A stretch of DNA of 64,000 nt from the NCBI GenBank assembly GCA_965219455.1, contig OZ244744.1:4768001-4832000 (forward strand), in the 5' to 3' direction. Every line of letters begins with the position of its first letter. The stretch's first letter is position 1. Positions 32,869-41,787 of the stretch are shown piece after piece. Source of the DNA: Candidatus Latescibacterota bacterium (GTDB lineage: Bacteria; Latescibacterota; UBA2968; GCA-2709665). The notes beneath the pieces are model-generated. The model made no database searches. It saw nothing but the letters and a program-made list of their open reading frames with translations, and was not told where the DNA came from. The position numbers were made by a program, and so were the translations under genes.

Positions 32869-34347
32869 CTACGGCCGATTGCCGGGCAACTGGGAAAAAT
32901 CGAACCGATTGTCGCCCTCAGAAGCGGCGAAGGGCGCAACCGGATGGGGTGTGGGGCCGTATCCGCATCGCCGGATCAGGTCTCGCGCCCGGTTTTGTTT
33001 TTCGGCGTCTCGCAAGACGCGCTCTGCCGACCACCGTTCGTGAATTCTTGCCTGACAATCCGCCACGATCCCCCGGCAGTCCGGATCTTTCGCGCGGTCG
33101 TGCATTTCGCCGGGATCCTCGTCCATATTGAAAAGCTGGCAGGATTGGAATTCGTGATAGTAGTTCAGCTTCCAGGGGCCGCGTCGGACCATGCAGGCTG
33201 GCTGATCTCCAAGGAGCCCGATGTACTCGGAGAAGACTTCGTGGGGCCAGTCGGGAATCGCTCCTTCGCACCTCAGGAAACCGGCAAAGCTCCTCCCCGA
33301 CACATCGGGTAGAGGTGGCGCGCCGGCCAGGTCCAGAAGCGTGGGGCCCACGTCTATGAGGCTGATAACGGCGTCGTTTTTGCCGTGCGGCAATTCAGGC
33401 GGCCAGGACACGATGAGGGGAACGCGGGCGGAGCCGTCGTAGAAGCTGCTCTTCCACCACATGCCGTGTTCGCAGGCCATATCGCCGTGGTCGGAGCAGT
33501 AGATGATGAAGGTCCGTTCGGCTGCCGTCGATGATTTGACCGCGTTTACGATTCTGCCGACGTTTCCATCGAGTTCCGTGACCAGCCCATAATAGGCGGC
33601 CAGTCCCCGCCGGTTCTGTTCGGGCGTCAATTCGTCCACGCCCCGGCGCTCCCGCCAATTCCGCATTGCGGGGTGGAGGGCGTCCGGATAGTCGGGGGAT
33701 ACGGGTTCCGGGAGGGGAATCTGTTCCATATAGTGGTCGAACAGGGTTCTGGAACAGATGAGGGGGTTGTGGGGCAGCATCAGGCCGACCACGAGGCAGC
33801 GGGGACGGCCCTCCCCGGTCCAATCCGAGATGTAGTCGCAGGCTGTGTCCGTGACGCTCCGGTCGAAGCGCTGGTAGCCGGTCCCACCGTATCCGGAGAC
33901 TTCAACGGCGTATTTTGTCTGCCCGTTCGTGCGGTTGGGTCCCGTTCCGAGGATTTCCGGGGAAAGCGCCCGGCCGCCGCAGTCGCCGTGGATGCGTTTC
34001 TCGAAGCCGTGAAATGGGTCAGGCCCCACAAAGTGCATCCGGCCGCAGAGGACCGTCTCATAACCCGCGGCACCGAGGGCGTGGGCGAAGGTGGGCGTTT
34101 GGGACGATAGGGTCCCGCTGTTGTCGAATACGCCGACTTCGCTGGGGTAACTGGCAGCCATAAAGCCCATCCTGGAAGGAGCGCAGAGCGGATAGGGGCA
34201 GTAGACGTTCGTGAAGCGGGTGCCCTGCCCGGCCAGTGCGTCCAGGTTGGGGGTCCGCACGATCGGGTTGCCGGCGCACCCCATAACGTTTGCGTTGTGC
34301 TGGTCGGACATAATGAGCACGATATTCGGCTGAGTGCCCGCTGCCAT
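32869..34347 (-). CDS. Formylglycine-dependent sulfatase (choline-sulfatase-like)
   Basis: PNIVLIMSDQH, CAPSR (CxPxR), GRMH, SDHGD, SARVPLI, LFN..EDPGE. Confidence 0.92.
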   Translation of the reverse strand: MAAGTQPNIVLIMSDQHNANVMGCAGNPIVRTPNLDALAGQGTRFTNVYCPYPLCAPSRMGFMAASYPSEVGVFDNSGTLSSQTPTFAHALGAAGYETVLCGRMHFVGPDPFHGFEKRIHGDCGGRALSPEILGTGPNRTNGQTKYAVEVSGYGGTGYQRFDRSVTDTACDYISDWTGEGRPRCLVVGLMLPHNPLICSRTLFDHYMEQIPLPEPVSPDYPDALHPAMRNWRERRGVDELTPEQNRRGLAAYYGLVTELDGNVGRIVNAVKSSTAAERTFIIYCSDHGDMACEHGMWWKSSFYDGSARVPLIVSWPPELPHGKNDAVISLIDVGPTLLDLAGAPPLPDVSGRSFAGFLRCEGAIPDWPHEVFSEYIGLLGDQPACMVRRGPWKLNYYHEFQSCQLFNMDEDPGEMHDRAKDPDCRGIVADCQARIHERWSAERVLRDAEKQNRARDLIRRCGYGPTPHPVAPFAASEGDNRFDFSQLPGNRP

Positions 34348-34411
34348 CGCGTTTTCCTGCATGCGCTGTCCTGGTTTTTCTCGTTGGGTCCTGCGTTGCG
34401 TGACGTTCCGA

Positions 34412-35554
34412 TCAAGGGTTGGCGCGGCGCCAGCGGGCTTTGTTGTCCTTCATCTCCTGATTGAGCGGGGCGGTGCGCGAGGTGGTCTGCGCACGGGCAT
34501 CGTGCAACCATTGGCCCCGGTTGTCGCGCTGAACGGGCAGGCGCTGGTCCACGGCCGGCGGCACTGCGGCCGCTCTGGGCCGGTCGCCGTACCAGTAGGC
34601 CACGCTGCTCATCTCGTTGCACAAGTGGTTTCCGTGGCCGTGCTCGATCGTGACCTTGATTTCCCGTTCGAAGCGTACCGGATTCTCCAGGTGGTGGACG
34701 TAGCTGGTCTGATAGCCGTTCGTATCGTCTTCATAGATCGAGGAACCGTTGCGCAGGAATGCGTTGGGTTGCATGCCCCAGGCCTGGTTCAGGTAGTCCT
34801 CGCTGCCGGTGCCGTGCAGGTCCGGCGGCCACCTGTACCCGTCCACCCAGATCATGTCGTCGCCCTCGCCCCACCAGGTCCCCTGAAAATTGGTGACGCT
34901 GATGTTGCAGCCGACATAGTGGCCGCGTCCCTCGGCGTCCAGGATGACGTAGTTGTTTTCCCAGGCCTCGCGCCCCACGTTGACGATATCGGCTTCCGGC
35001 GTGTTCACCCTGATTTCGTGCCCCCACCCGCCGAAGGGGTTCTCGCGACGGAATTCAGCGTGGAAATACCCGGTATCGCCCGGCAGTCCGTCCGGACAGG
35101 TTTCCCAATCAGCATAGAAATACTGCCGGTGGGGCTCGTCGCTCTCGTTGACCAGTTCCACGCAAGCCCGTTCCCTGAACGGCATGGACACGTACGCGTT
35201 GAGCGCGCAACCGGTGTCGAACTGGTTGTTGCTGTTGGTTGACGCGGTAAACAGCAGCGATTGGTAGGAGTTGACGATGCCGTGACCCAGGCCGAAAAAA
35301 TCGCCGAGGGGACACAGCACGCTTGGGTCTTCCGCGCCGTCGTAGGTTATTTTGAGCAGGCACTCACGGTAGTGATTGCGCTGGGTGAACCAGAGATGGG
35401 TGACGCATGCCGGCCCTTCGATATCGGCCAGAACCCGGGTCTCGCCCGGCTCCAGGATCCAGGCGTCGCTGTTTCGCCCGGTTGTGTCCCATGAAGAGTG
35501 GCGGCCGGTTCGTCCGGACTGAAGGCGGGCGAGGCCGCCCGTGATATCGTACAT
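34412..35554 (-). CDS. DUF2961 / GH172-family glycoside hydrolase-like protein
   Basis: PLGDFFG, MPF, WWGEGDDMIWVDG, HGTGSEDY, IEHGH; ATG 35554 with a GGAG RBS. Confidence 0.88.
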   Translation of the reverse strand: MYDITGGLARLQSGRTGRHSSWDTTGRNSDAWILEPGETRVLADIEGPACVTHLWFTQRNHYRECLLKITYDGAEDPSVLCPLGDFFGLGHGIVNSYQSLLFTASTNSNNQFDTGCALNAYVSMPFRERACVELVNESDEPHRQYFYADWETCPDGLPGDTGYFHAEFRRENPFGGWGHEIRVNTPEADIVNVGREAWENNYVILDAEGRGHYVGCNISVTNFQGTWWGEGDDMIWVDGYRWPPDLHGTGSEDYLNQAWGMQPNAFLRNGSSIYEDDTNGYQTSYVHHLENPVRFEREIKVTIEHGHGNHLCNEMSSVAYWYGDRPRAAAVPPAVDQRLPVQRDNRGQWLHDARAQTTSRTAPLNQEMKDNKARWRRANP

Positions 35555-35644
35555 GTCAGGCTCCTGAACCATTACCGAGAGCAGCAATTGGCTGACATCT
35601 ATTGCCCGTGCTTCAGTAAATGCGGACGCGTCGAAACGTGGACG

Positions 35645-35720
35645 CTGAGCTTGTCGAAGTGCGCACGTTTCGATAACCTTCGCCGACCCTTCGACAGGCT
35701 CAGGGAGCGGCTCAGGGTTC
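35645..35720. repeat. CTTCGAC(A)(A/G)GCTCAG-type short dispersed inverted-repeat cluster (also at ~30610-30637)
   Basis: CTGAGCTTGTCGAAG ... CTTCGACAGGCTCAG; TTCGACAAGCT x2 at 30610-30637. Confidence 0.55.
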
Positions 35721-35834
35721 AGGCTCAATCACATTTACCATGGCAAATGATGTAAACTATCAGGTGCTCAACGGAATATGTTTATGGTGTGGGACATCCG
35801 GCCACTCGGGGGTGGCCAAGGCACGAACGAAGCT

Positions 35835-36494
35835 TCAGAGCAACCCCTTCCGTCGTTTGCCCACCACGACCTCGTCCACGAAACCCTGTCCACAGATGTC
35901 CTTCAGACCGCCGCCCGGAAAATGCGTTGCCCAATCGTACAGGCTGTGCATTCGTTGACTTTGGGATTCATCGACCGGCGGTTCGGCGCGGACGGCGTCC
36001 AATTGTTCAATGACGGCGGCGGCAATTCTGGCGTACAGGCGGGTCGAGCACTCGTCCAGATCGGCGGCGCCCTCGCGCGCTTCCTGGTACCAGGCCATCG
36101 CGTTGAACAGCACCTGCCGGACGCGAGGATAGAAGGAACACATCAGGTTCCAGTCGTCGCCGTCTTTATCCTGGTCGCCGGACGACCGGAAGTCGGAACG
36201 CAGGATCACGGAGGGTATGTCCAGGAATTTGGCCATCATGAACTCCACGACCGTACCCGAATCCAGGTCCGTGCCGTCGAAGTTGAACAGACCCATGTCG
36301 CAGGCCATCACCTGCTTCAGGTCCTGATTTCGTATGTCGACCGCCCGTCCGGTGGCTTGTTCCAGGTGCTGTGGCACGACGCAGGCGTACCGGCCGTTTG
36401 AGTAGCTTTCGATGGCTTCAGCCAGGATGGCGTTGCCGATGAGATGCTTGTGATCGAAGAGTTCGCCGGCGAAATAGACGCTGTAAGTGGTCAT
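35835..36494 (-). CDS. Nucleoside 2-deoxyribosyltransferase family protein
   Basis: VYFAGELF, PQ, D...D, DGTDLDSGTVVEF, D.R, WNLM. Confidence 0.85.
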   Translation of the reverse strand: MTTYSVYFAGELFDHKHLIGNAILAEAIESYSNGRYACVVPQHLEQATGRAVDIRNQDLKQVMACDMGLFNFDGTDLDSGTVVEFMMAKFLDIPSVILRSDFRSSGDQDKDGDDWNLMCSFYPRVRQVLFNAMAWYQEAREGAADLDECSTRLYARIAAAVIEQLDAVRAEPPVDESQSQRMHSLYDWATHFPGGGLKDICGQGFVDEVVVGKRRKGLL

Positions 36495-36539
36495 GTCGCG
36501 GTCCCTTGATCTGGAGCGTGCCTGGCCGGAAGCGCCTGT

Positions 36540-37403
36540 TCAGAGTCCATAGCGTAATGAAACACGAAGTCCGTGGCTGGAAAGAGTGGCCGTCGTCTCC
36601 GCCAGATCGAGTTGCAGCGGGTCGCGACTTCCGTCGCGCCAGACGATTCGCCCCCTTGCCCTACCGGTTTCCACGGCGCCGGAATTCATGTAACGCCATC
36701 CAATATCAGCCGTCATCTTTCCACGTATCCGCACCGCCACGCCCGCGGTCAGCATAAACGCGAATCCTACCCGGCTTGCGCCGGGGACGATGGTGGTCGT
36801 TCTGTTAAACTCCATGCGGGTTTCGTCGATGGAATTTCGCGAGAGGCCGCCCCCGCATCCGAGGAAGGGGCGGAACGGTCCCCGTCCGGGGAGGTCCACA
36901 TAGGCGCTGAGAAGTGCGGAAAGGGAGGATATGTCTGCCGACACGTCCTGCCGGCCTGAGGTCTGCAGGAAGTTGGCGCGCCCATTGAAGGAGAATGGCG
37001 GGCGATATTGAACGGCGGCTTCGACGCGGATGCGCTTTGTCGCAACGTAGCCTGCGCCCACTTCGAAGCCGGGCGCCCTGGCGAATTCGCCCGAGGCGCT
37101 CAGGTTGGCGCCGTCCACGCCCGTCCCGCATCCATACAGGGCCGCCGGCGTCTCGCTCGAGCAGTCCTTGTCCATGAAACGCGACGTTGCCCGCAGGTCC
37201 AGAACGGCGCTGCCGAGAATATAGAAATCACCCCGCGCGAAGGACGTCACGCGGACCCTCACAGGCGCGGTTTCAGATTTCAGGCTGGACGTCTGTGCAG
37301 ACGTCGCGTGTGACAAGGTGGCCGTCACAATCAGCACCGATACACTACAAAACATCCGTGTTTGGATCACTGCCTCCCTTGGTGAAATCCTCGTTCTCCT
37401 CAA
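36540..37403 (-). CDS. Outer-membrane beta-barrel protein (opacity-family-like)
   Basis: SAYVDL, FRPFLGCGGGLS, TAGVA, DIGWRY, C-terminal SLRYGL; start uncertain. Confidence 0.75.
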   Translation of the reverse strand: MRRTRISPREAVIQTRMFCSVSVLIVTATLSHATSAQTSSLKSETAPVRVRVTSFARGDFYILGSAVLDLRATSRFMDKDCSSETPAALYGCGTGVDGANLSASGEFARAPGFEVGAGYVATKRIRVEAAVQYRPPFSFNGRANFLQTSGRQDVSADISSLSALLSAYVDLPGRGPFRPFLGCGGGLSRNSIDETRMEFNRTTTIVPGASRVGFAFMLTAGVAVRIRGKMTADIGWRYMNSGAVETGRARGRIVWRDGSRDPLQLDLAETTATLSSHGLRVSLRYGL

Positions 37404-37620
37404 CCTTCAATATCGAAGTTGCCGTCTATGCCGAGTTTTTGGAATCCGCCTTAACTCGCTCACGGTAGTGTCTGCTGAGCGTGAGTCGACCCGAACCGAA
37501 AGCTCAACATGCGATCAGAGGTCACCGTATCTACTGCCAGCCATTCGAAAGGGTCTACGAGCAGTCCTTTCAAAACACCAGTCGGCATCGATTTTCGAGG
37601 TTCTCGCGTGGACACGGTCC

Positions 37621-37995
37621 TTAGTTGGTACCCTGCTCGTTGCGTTTTCCTAGACGTATCCGCACCCGTCTCCGCGTCACCACGATCATAGCGCTCTCGT
37701 GCATCGCATCCGCATGCTGCTCAAGCAACTCACGCATAGCAGCTACCTTCTCCGAAACCTGCATTTCGACGAAGCGGATGATGCACGGGTGGGGCAAGTG
37801 CCGCACAAAGACCAGTTCACCAAAATCCTTGTCTTCGGTGACGAGCACTCGTTGCTCCTGGTTTGCCACTGCGAGCAGGGCTCCATCCGTGGCACGAGGA
37901 TTTATCTCCGCGCCCGAAACGACATTATGACCCAGATCGGTCAACATTGTACACAAACTGCGGGACGCGGCACAGACGTCAAGAAGAAATCTCAC
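37621..37995 (-). CDS. DUF5615 PIN-like toxin
   Basis: MRFLLD...LGH.V...D...A..E.RVLVTEDKDFGEL. Confidence 0.88.
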   Translation of the reverse strand: MRFLLDVCAASRSLCTMLTDLGHNVVSGAEINPRATDGALLAVANQEQRVLVTEDKDFGELVFVRHLPHPCIIRFVEMQVSEKVAAMRELLEQHADAMHESAMIVVTRRRVRIRLGKRNEQGTN

Positions 37996-38000
37996 GATGC

Positions 38001-38249
38001 TTACCGGACAGGCACACGCTCATGGACATGGTCACCTGCAATCGAACGGTGGGCAAAAAGAAGGCACGCCTGGATGTCTTCGGGCTCCAGAATCGGGTAT
38101 TCCTGGAGAATCGTCTCTGTGGTATCGCCTGCCGCGAGCATTCCCAGAACATGTTCCACCGCGATGCGCATGTCGCGAATGATGGGCTTGCCACCAAAGA
38201 CATCCGGGCGCACGGTAATGCGCTTGAGTAATGCAGGATCAATGGACAT
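38001..38249 (-). CDS. DUF433 antitoxin
   Basis: RITVRPDVFGGKPIIRDMRIAV...G...IL.EYP.LE.EDI.ACL. Confidence 0.9.
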   Translation of the reverse strand: MSIDPALLKRITVRPDVFGGKPIIRDMRIAVEHVLGMLAAGDTTETILQEYPILEPEDIQACLLFAHRSIAGDHVHERVPVR

Positions 38250-38389
38250 GTCTTCCTCCATGGTTATTGCGTCCGACGTAAATCTGCGGTTCGGCTACCT
38301 CGGAACCTCGGGGAAAGCGCGAAGCGAGGATAGCCAGCGAAGGTTTCGCAGGCACCGTCGGCGAACTGTCTCCATCTTCCAATCTTTCA

Positions 38390-38565
38390 GAGCCACGCTT
38401 GATCATAACCGCCTTGATGGCCTTTTCGGCTGCCTGCTGGGCTTCGAAGCATAGATCTTCCAGATAGGCGTCAGGAATACGGTTCTTCGCCATTGCAAGA
38501 TTACTTCTGGCGCGGTTCAGCCATTCGCGCGGATCATCGGGCGGGAAGCGCTCAGGAGGACTCAT
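38390..38565 (-). pseudogene. Truncated HEPN-domain protein
   Basis: EWLNRARSNL...CFEAQQAAEKAIKA (HEPN N-half), then unrelated sequence. Confidence 0.8.
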
Positions 38566-38878
38566 ATATGACCTTGCCTTCCTGCAATGCGGGCTTGATG
38601 ATCACCGAGTGGCTGTCCTTGTAGCGCTCCACGTCGTCGGGCGTAACGACGACAGCGTCGACGGCTGCGCCGGCACCATCGAGATTCATATAAATGTCGC
38701 CCATCAGTTCAAGCGCGTCCGCGCCTTCCTTGATGATAAGCAAGTCTACGTCGCTGTGGCGGTTCATGTCCCCCCGGGCGGCGGACCCGAAGAGGATGAT
38801 CTTCTCCGGCTCGGCCACCTCCACAATTCGCTGTATGATGTCGTCCAGCGTACTTTGGTCAATTCCTGTTTTCTTCAT
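38552..38878 (-). CDS. Minimal nucleotidyltransferase (MNT), copy 1
   Basis: IILFGSAARG...SDVDLLII...VDAVV...EGKVIYE. Confidence 0.9.
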   Translation of the reverse strand: MKKTGIDQSTLDDIIQRIVEVAEPEKIILFGSAARGDMNRHSDVDLLIIKEGADALELMGDIYMNLDGAGAAVDAVVVTPDDVERYKDSHSVIIKPALQEGKVIYESS

Positions 38879-39194
38879 GGCATGCTCACGTCTCAAAAAA
38901 AGCCGCGCTGTGTATCTTCGCCGTGTTTCCACGTCTGCTTTCCATCGATCGCAAGCGAACCTCGGGCGGTACTAAATTGCGGCTTCGACATGTACGCCCA
39001 TTGGAGCGACGTTGCCCGGTCCGAATTCGACACCTGCCGTTTCATTCCTTCGGGCCGATTTAGGTAATATTGGCAGGCCGTTTGGTAGTTTTCCGGCGGG
39101 TGTTTCGTTCTGGCGCGATCCGCATCTGACACAGGGCGCGAGCAGGAGTTTGGGCCCAACGTTTCCAATTGGGGACCTCCGCGACTATTCAAAC

Positions 39195-39833
39195 CTACTT
39201 TCCCAGCGTTTCGAGTTTAGAAACCCAGTTCGCGAACCGCGGGCATTCGGCACGAATCACCTCAAGACCCGTGGCCAGAGCAATAAGCGGCCCGTGTACG
39301 AATTTATCGTAAGTAATAATCGCTTGCTGAATACGCTTGCTCGGTGCTGTGTTTCTGTTGTCGTTAATGTCCTCAGGCGTAAGAAATTCCTCACGAATAC
39401 TACGTAATTCATAAACTGCCTCATGAGGCGCATTAATTGCGTTTTTGAAGGCATCTACGTCGGAGAACAGCAATCCCTCGAACTCATGTTGTTGTACATA
39501 CGGTATCACGGTCTCCGGATTCCATACCTGACCAATTGCCTTGCCAATGCGTTGCACCAATTGTTCCTCCAGCTCTTCGACATTCATCTCGCCTTTCTGT
39601 CGAAAACCGTAGAAGTCGACCAAAGACGTCACGCAATCAAACGACCGGAGTAAGTGAATCAACTCCGGTACCAGCCGATCTATTGATACGTTTCCGCCGC
39701 CGTACCGACCGCGGGCACGTCCGAGCAAGACCGGCGTGGGCTCCACGCCTTGTAATCGCAGATGTTCTGCAAGTACTCTATTTACGAATTGTTCTTCAGT
39801 GGGACCCTCTACTGATATCGCCAGTCGGATCAC
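39195..39833 (-). CDS. DUF4276 family (TOPRIM-like) protein
   Basis: VEGPTE, DFYG, HEFEGLLFSD, PEDIND...APSKR, IRAECPRF..W; overlaps the upstream ATPase stop. Confidence 0.85.
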   Translation of the reverse strand: MIRLAISVEGPTEEQFVNRVLAEHLRLQGVEPTPVLLGRARGRYGGGNVSIDRLVPELIHLLRSFDCVTSLVDFYGFRQKGEMNVEELEEQLVQRIGKAIGQVWNPETVIPYVQQHEFEGLLFSDVDAFKNAINAPHEAVYELRSIREEFLTPEDINDNRNTAPSKRIQQAIITYDKFVHGPLIALATGLEVIRAECPRFANWVSKLETLGK

Positions 39834-40942
39834 GGGCGTCCTCCGAGCAGGTTCTTCTGCCAGAGCTCGCCTGGAGTGAAGTTGTCATCAAGCCATTCGT
39901 GATAGTCGTTTGGCGCCAGTTTATTGAACTCGGTTCGTCCATCGACCAGGTTTAGCACGAAAATCTCATCAAGAGCGAACTCATCCACAAGCAAGGGCGA
40001 TTGTGTTGCCACAATGACTTGCCTTTCCTTGGCGAGTGCTTGAATCATCCCCCCAATTAATGCAACGGCGGCGGGATGCAGGCCGAGTTCAGGTTCATCC
40101 AAGAGAAGCACGTCTGGTAGCATCTCTGGTGGCAGATTCAACAACGTCGCAAGTGAGAAGAAACGCAGTGAGCCATCGGATGTCAGGTGCGGGCCGAACG
40201 TCTTATCCGTACCTTTGGCCTTCCATCTAAGAAACACTTTCCCATAGCTTTCTTCTATCTGAAATCGGTCAAATACGGGCAAGACGCGGCCGATTTGCTC
40301 GCAGATCAGTTCGAATCGCCTGAAATCCTGCCGCTCCAAACGATACAATACTGCTGCCAGATTGCCGGCATGTGCTCTGAGATAGTTATTGTCTTGAATT
40401 TCCCATTTTGTTTTAAAATCAGAGGTGTCTGACGTGTCATGGAATTGGTATGCCGCGCAGTTGCGGAGCAAATTCACGATCACGCGGGCGGTCGTGTTGG
40501 ATTGTGCCTCTTCGACAATATTGGCCTCCGAGTGGCTGCTGCCGAGATGTCGCCAGTCTGCCTCTGAATCGAATTCTCGGCGACTGAAACGAAATGCCTC
40601 ATCCATGAAAATCAAGCGGTCGGGATGAGCCTGAGCAAGTGCGAATCGGAAGTCGTTCCGGCCTGCATTGGTTTGCAATGTCACCGACGCTTCCATTCGT
40701 GGGGTATGTTTGCCCCCGCCGAATAACTGATCGTCGGCCCCTCCCTGTCGCTCGACGAACTCTGCGAGTCTGTGTGCTCCGAGCATCCAACTCAGCATTT
40801 CGAAGAAGCGAATGAAGTTCGACTTCCCCGATCCATTTGCGCCAATCAGGACCGCCGCGCCGGGGATACCGTCAAGCTCGATATCCGCCAACGACCGGAA
40901 ACCTCGAATGCGGATATGATCTATGAAGGTTCTCTTATTCAT
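39830..40942 (-). CDS. AAA_21/AAA_15 ABC-type ATPase
   Basis: GANGSGKSN, SDGSLRF, LLDEPELGLHP, ATQSP. Confidence 0.9.
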   Translation of the reverse strand: MNKRTFIDHIRIRGFRSLADIELDGIPGAAVLIGANGSGKSNFIRFFEMLSWMLGAHRLAEFVERQGGADDQLFGGGKHTPRMEASVTLQTNAGRNDFRFALAQAHPDRLIFMDEAFRFSRREFDSEADWRHLGSSHSEANIVEEAQSNTTARVIVNLLRNCAAYQFHDTSDTSDFKTKWEIQDNNYLRAHAGNLAAVLYRLERQDFRRFELICEQIGRVLPVFDRFQIEESYGKVFLRWKAKGTDKTFGPHLTSDGSLRFFSLATLLNLPPEMLPDVLLLDEPELGLHPAAVALIGGMIQALAKERQVIVATQSPLLVDEFALDEIFVLNLVDGRTEFNKLAPNDYHEWLDDNFTPGELWQKNLLGGRP

Positions 40943-41022
40943 CAGATATTCTCCCTGCGTGGTGACCGGCCCGTCGTTTAATGAGGCACCTTACCGCTCG
41001 CCCGTGGCGAAGAGCGGCCTTC

Positions 41023-41061
41023 ACTGCGGGACGCGGCACAGACGTCAACAAGAAATTTCAC
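41023..41061 (-). pseudogene. 5' stub of a second DUF5615 gene
   Basis: MKFLVDVCAASRS matches MRFLLDVCAASRS of 37621..37995, then homology stops. Confidence 0.75.
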
Positions 41062-41066
41062 GATGT

Positions 41067-41315
41067 TTACCGGAAAGGCACACGCTCATGCACATGATCA
41101 CCTGCCAGCGAGCAGTGGGCAAAAAGCAGGCAAGCCTGAATGTCTTCTGGCTCTATAATCGGGTACTCCTGGAGGATTGTTTCTGCGGTATCGCCTGCCG
41201 CAAGCATTCCCAGGACGTGTTCCACCGCGATGCGCATGTCGCGAATGATGGGCTTGCCACCGAAGACATCCGGACGTACCGTAATACGATTGAGCAGCGC
41301 AGATCCTGAGGTCAT
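41067..41315 (-). CDS. DUF433 antitoxin, copy 2
   Basis: Near-identical to 38001..38249. Confidence 0.88.
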   Translation of the reverse strand: MTSGSALLNRITVRPDVFGGKPIIRDMRIAVEHVLGMLAAGDTAETILQEYPIIEPEDIQACLLFAHCSLAGDHVHERVPFR

Positions 41316-41643
41316 GTCTTCCTCCATCATATACGACCTTGCCTTCCTGCAATGCGGGCTTGATGATCACCGAGTGGCTGTCCTTGTAGCGCTCCACGTC
41401 GTCGGGCGTGACGACGACAGCGTCGACGGCTGCGCCGACGCCATCGAGATTCATGCAAATCTCGCCCATCAGTTCAAGCGCGTCCGCGCCTTCCTTAATG
41501 ATTAGCAAGTCTACGTCGCTGTGGCGATTCATTTCGCCCCGGGCGGCGGACCCGAAGAGGATGATCTTCTCCGGCTGGGCAACCTCCACACCGCGCTGGA
41601 TAATGTCGTCCAGCGTACTTTGGTCGATTCCTGTTTTTTCCAT
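41098..41643 (-). CDS. MNT copy 2 (HEPN partner deleted; lost its stop codon and reads through over DUF433 out of frame)
   Basis: MNT domain 41327..41643 is near-identical to copy 1; junction GTATATG/ATGGAGG. Confidence 0.8.
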   Translation of the reverse strand: MEKTGIDQSTLDDIIQRGVEVAQPEKIILFGSAARGEMNRHSDVDLLIIKEGADALELMGEICMNLDGVGAAVDAVVVTPDDVERYKDSHSVIIKPALQEGKVVYDGGRHDLRICAAQSYYGTSGCLRWQAHHSRHAHRGGTRPGNACGRRYRRNNPPGVPDYRARRHSGLPAFCPLLAGR

Positions 41644-41787
41644 CGCGTGCTCATGTCTACGAAGATCGGCGCAGTTTAACTTCGCCGTCTGGCCCGACCC
41701 TCTTTCAACGACCGCACAGTGCACAGTTGAAAATAAACAATCCGTGCCGAAACTTGGTTCTCGTTTTGTGCCTTCAGTAAGGAGTTG

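Noticed and set aside
35555-35728. N-terminal extension of the DUF2961 ORF
   Set aside because: It is translated from intergenic CTTCGAC..GCTCAG repeats; the RBS supports the ATG at 35554.
38893-39192. 99-aa ORF between DUF4276 and MNT
   Set aside because: No recognisable domain or RBS; probably a decayed fragment.
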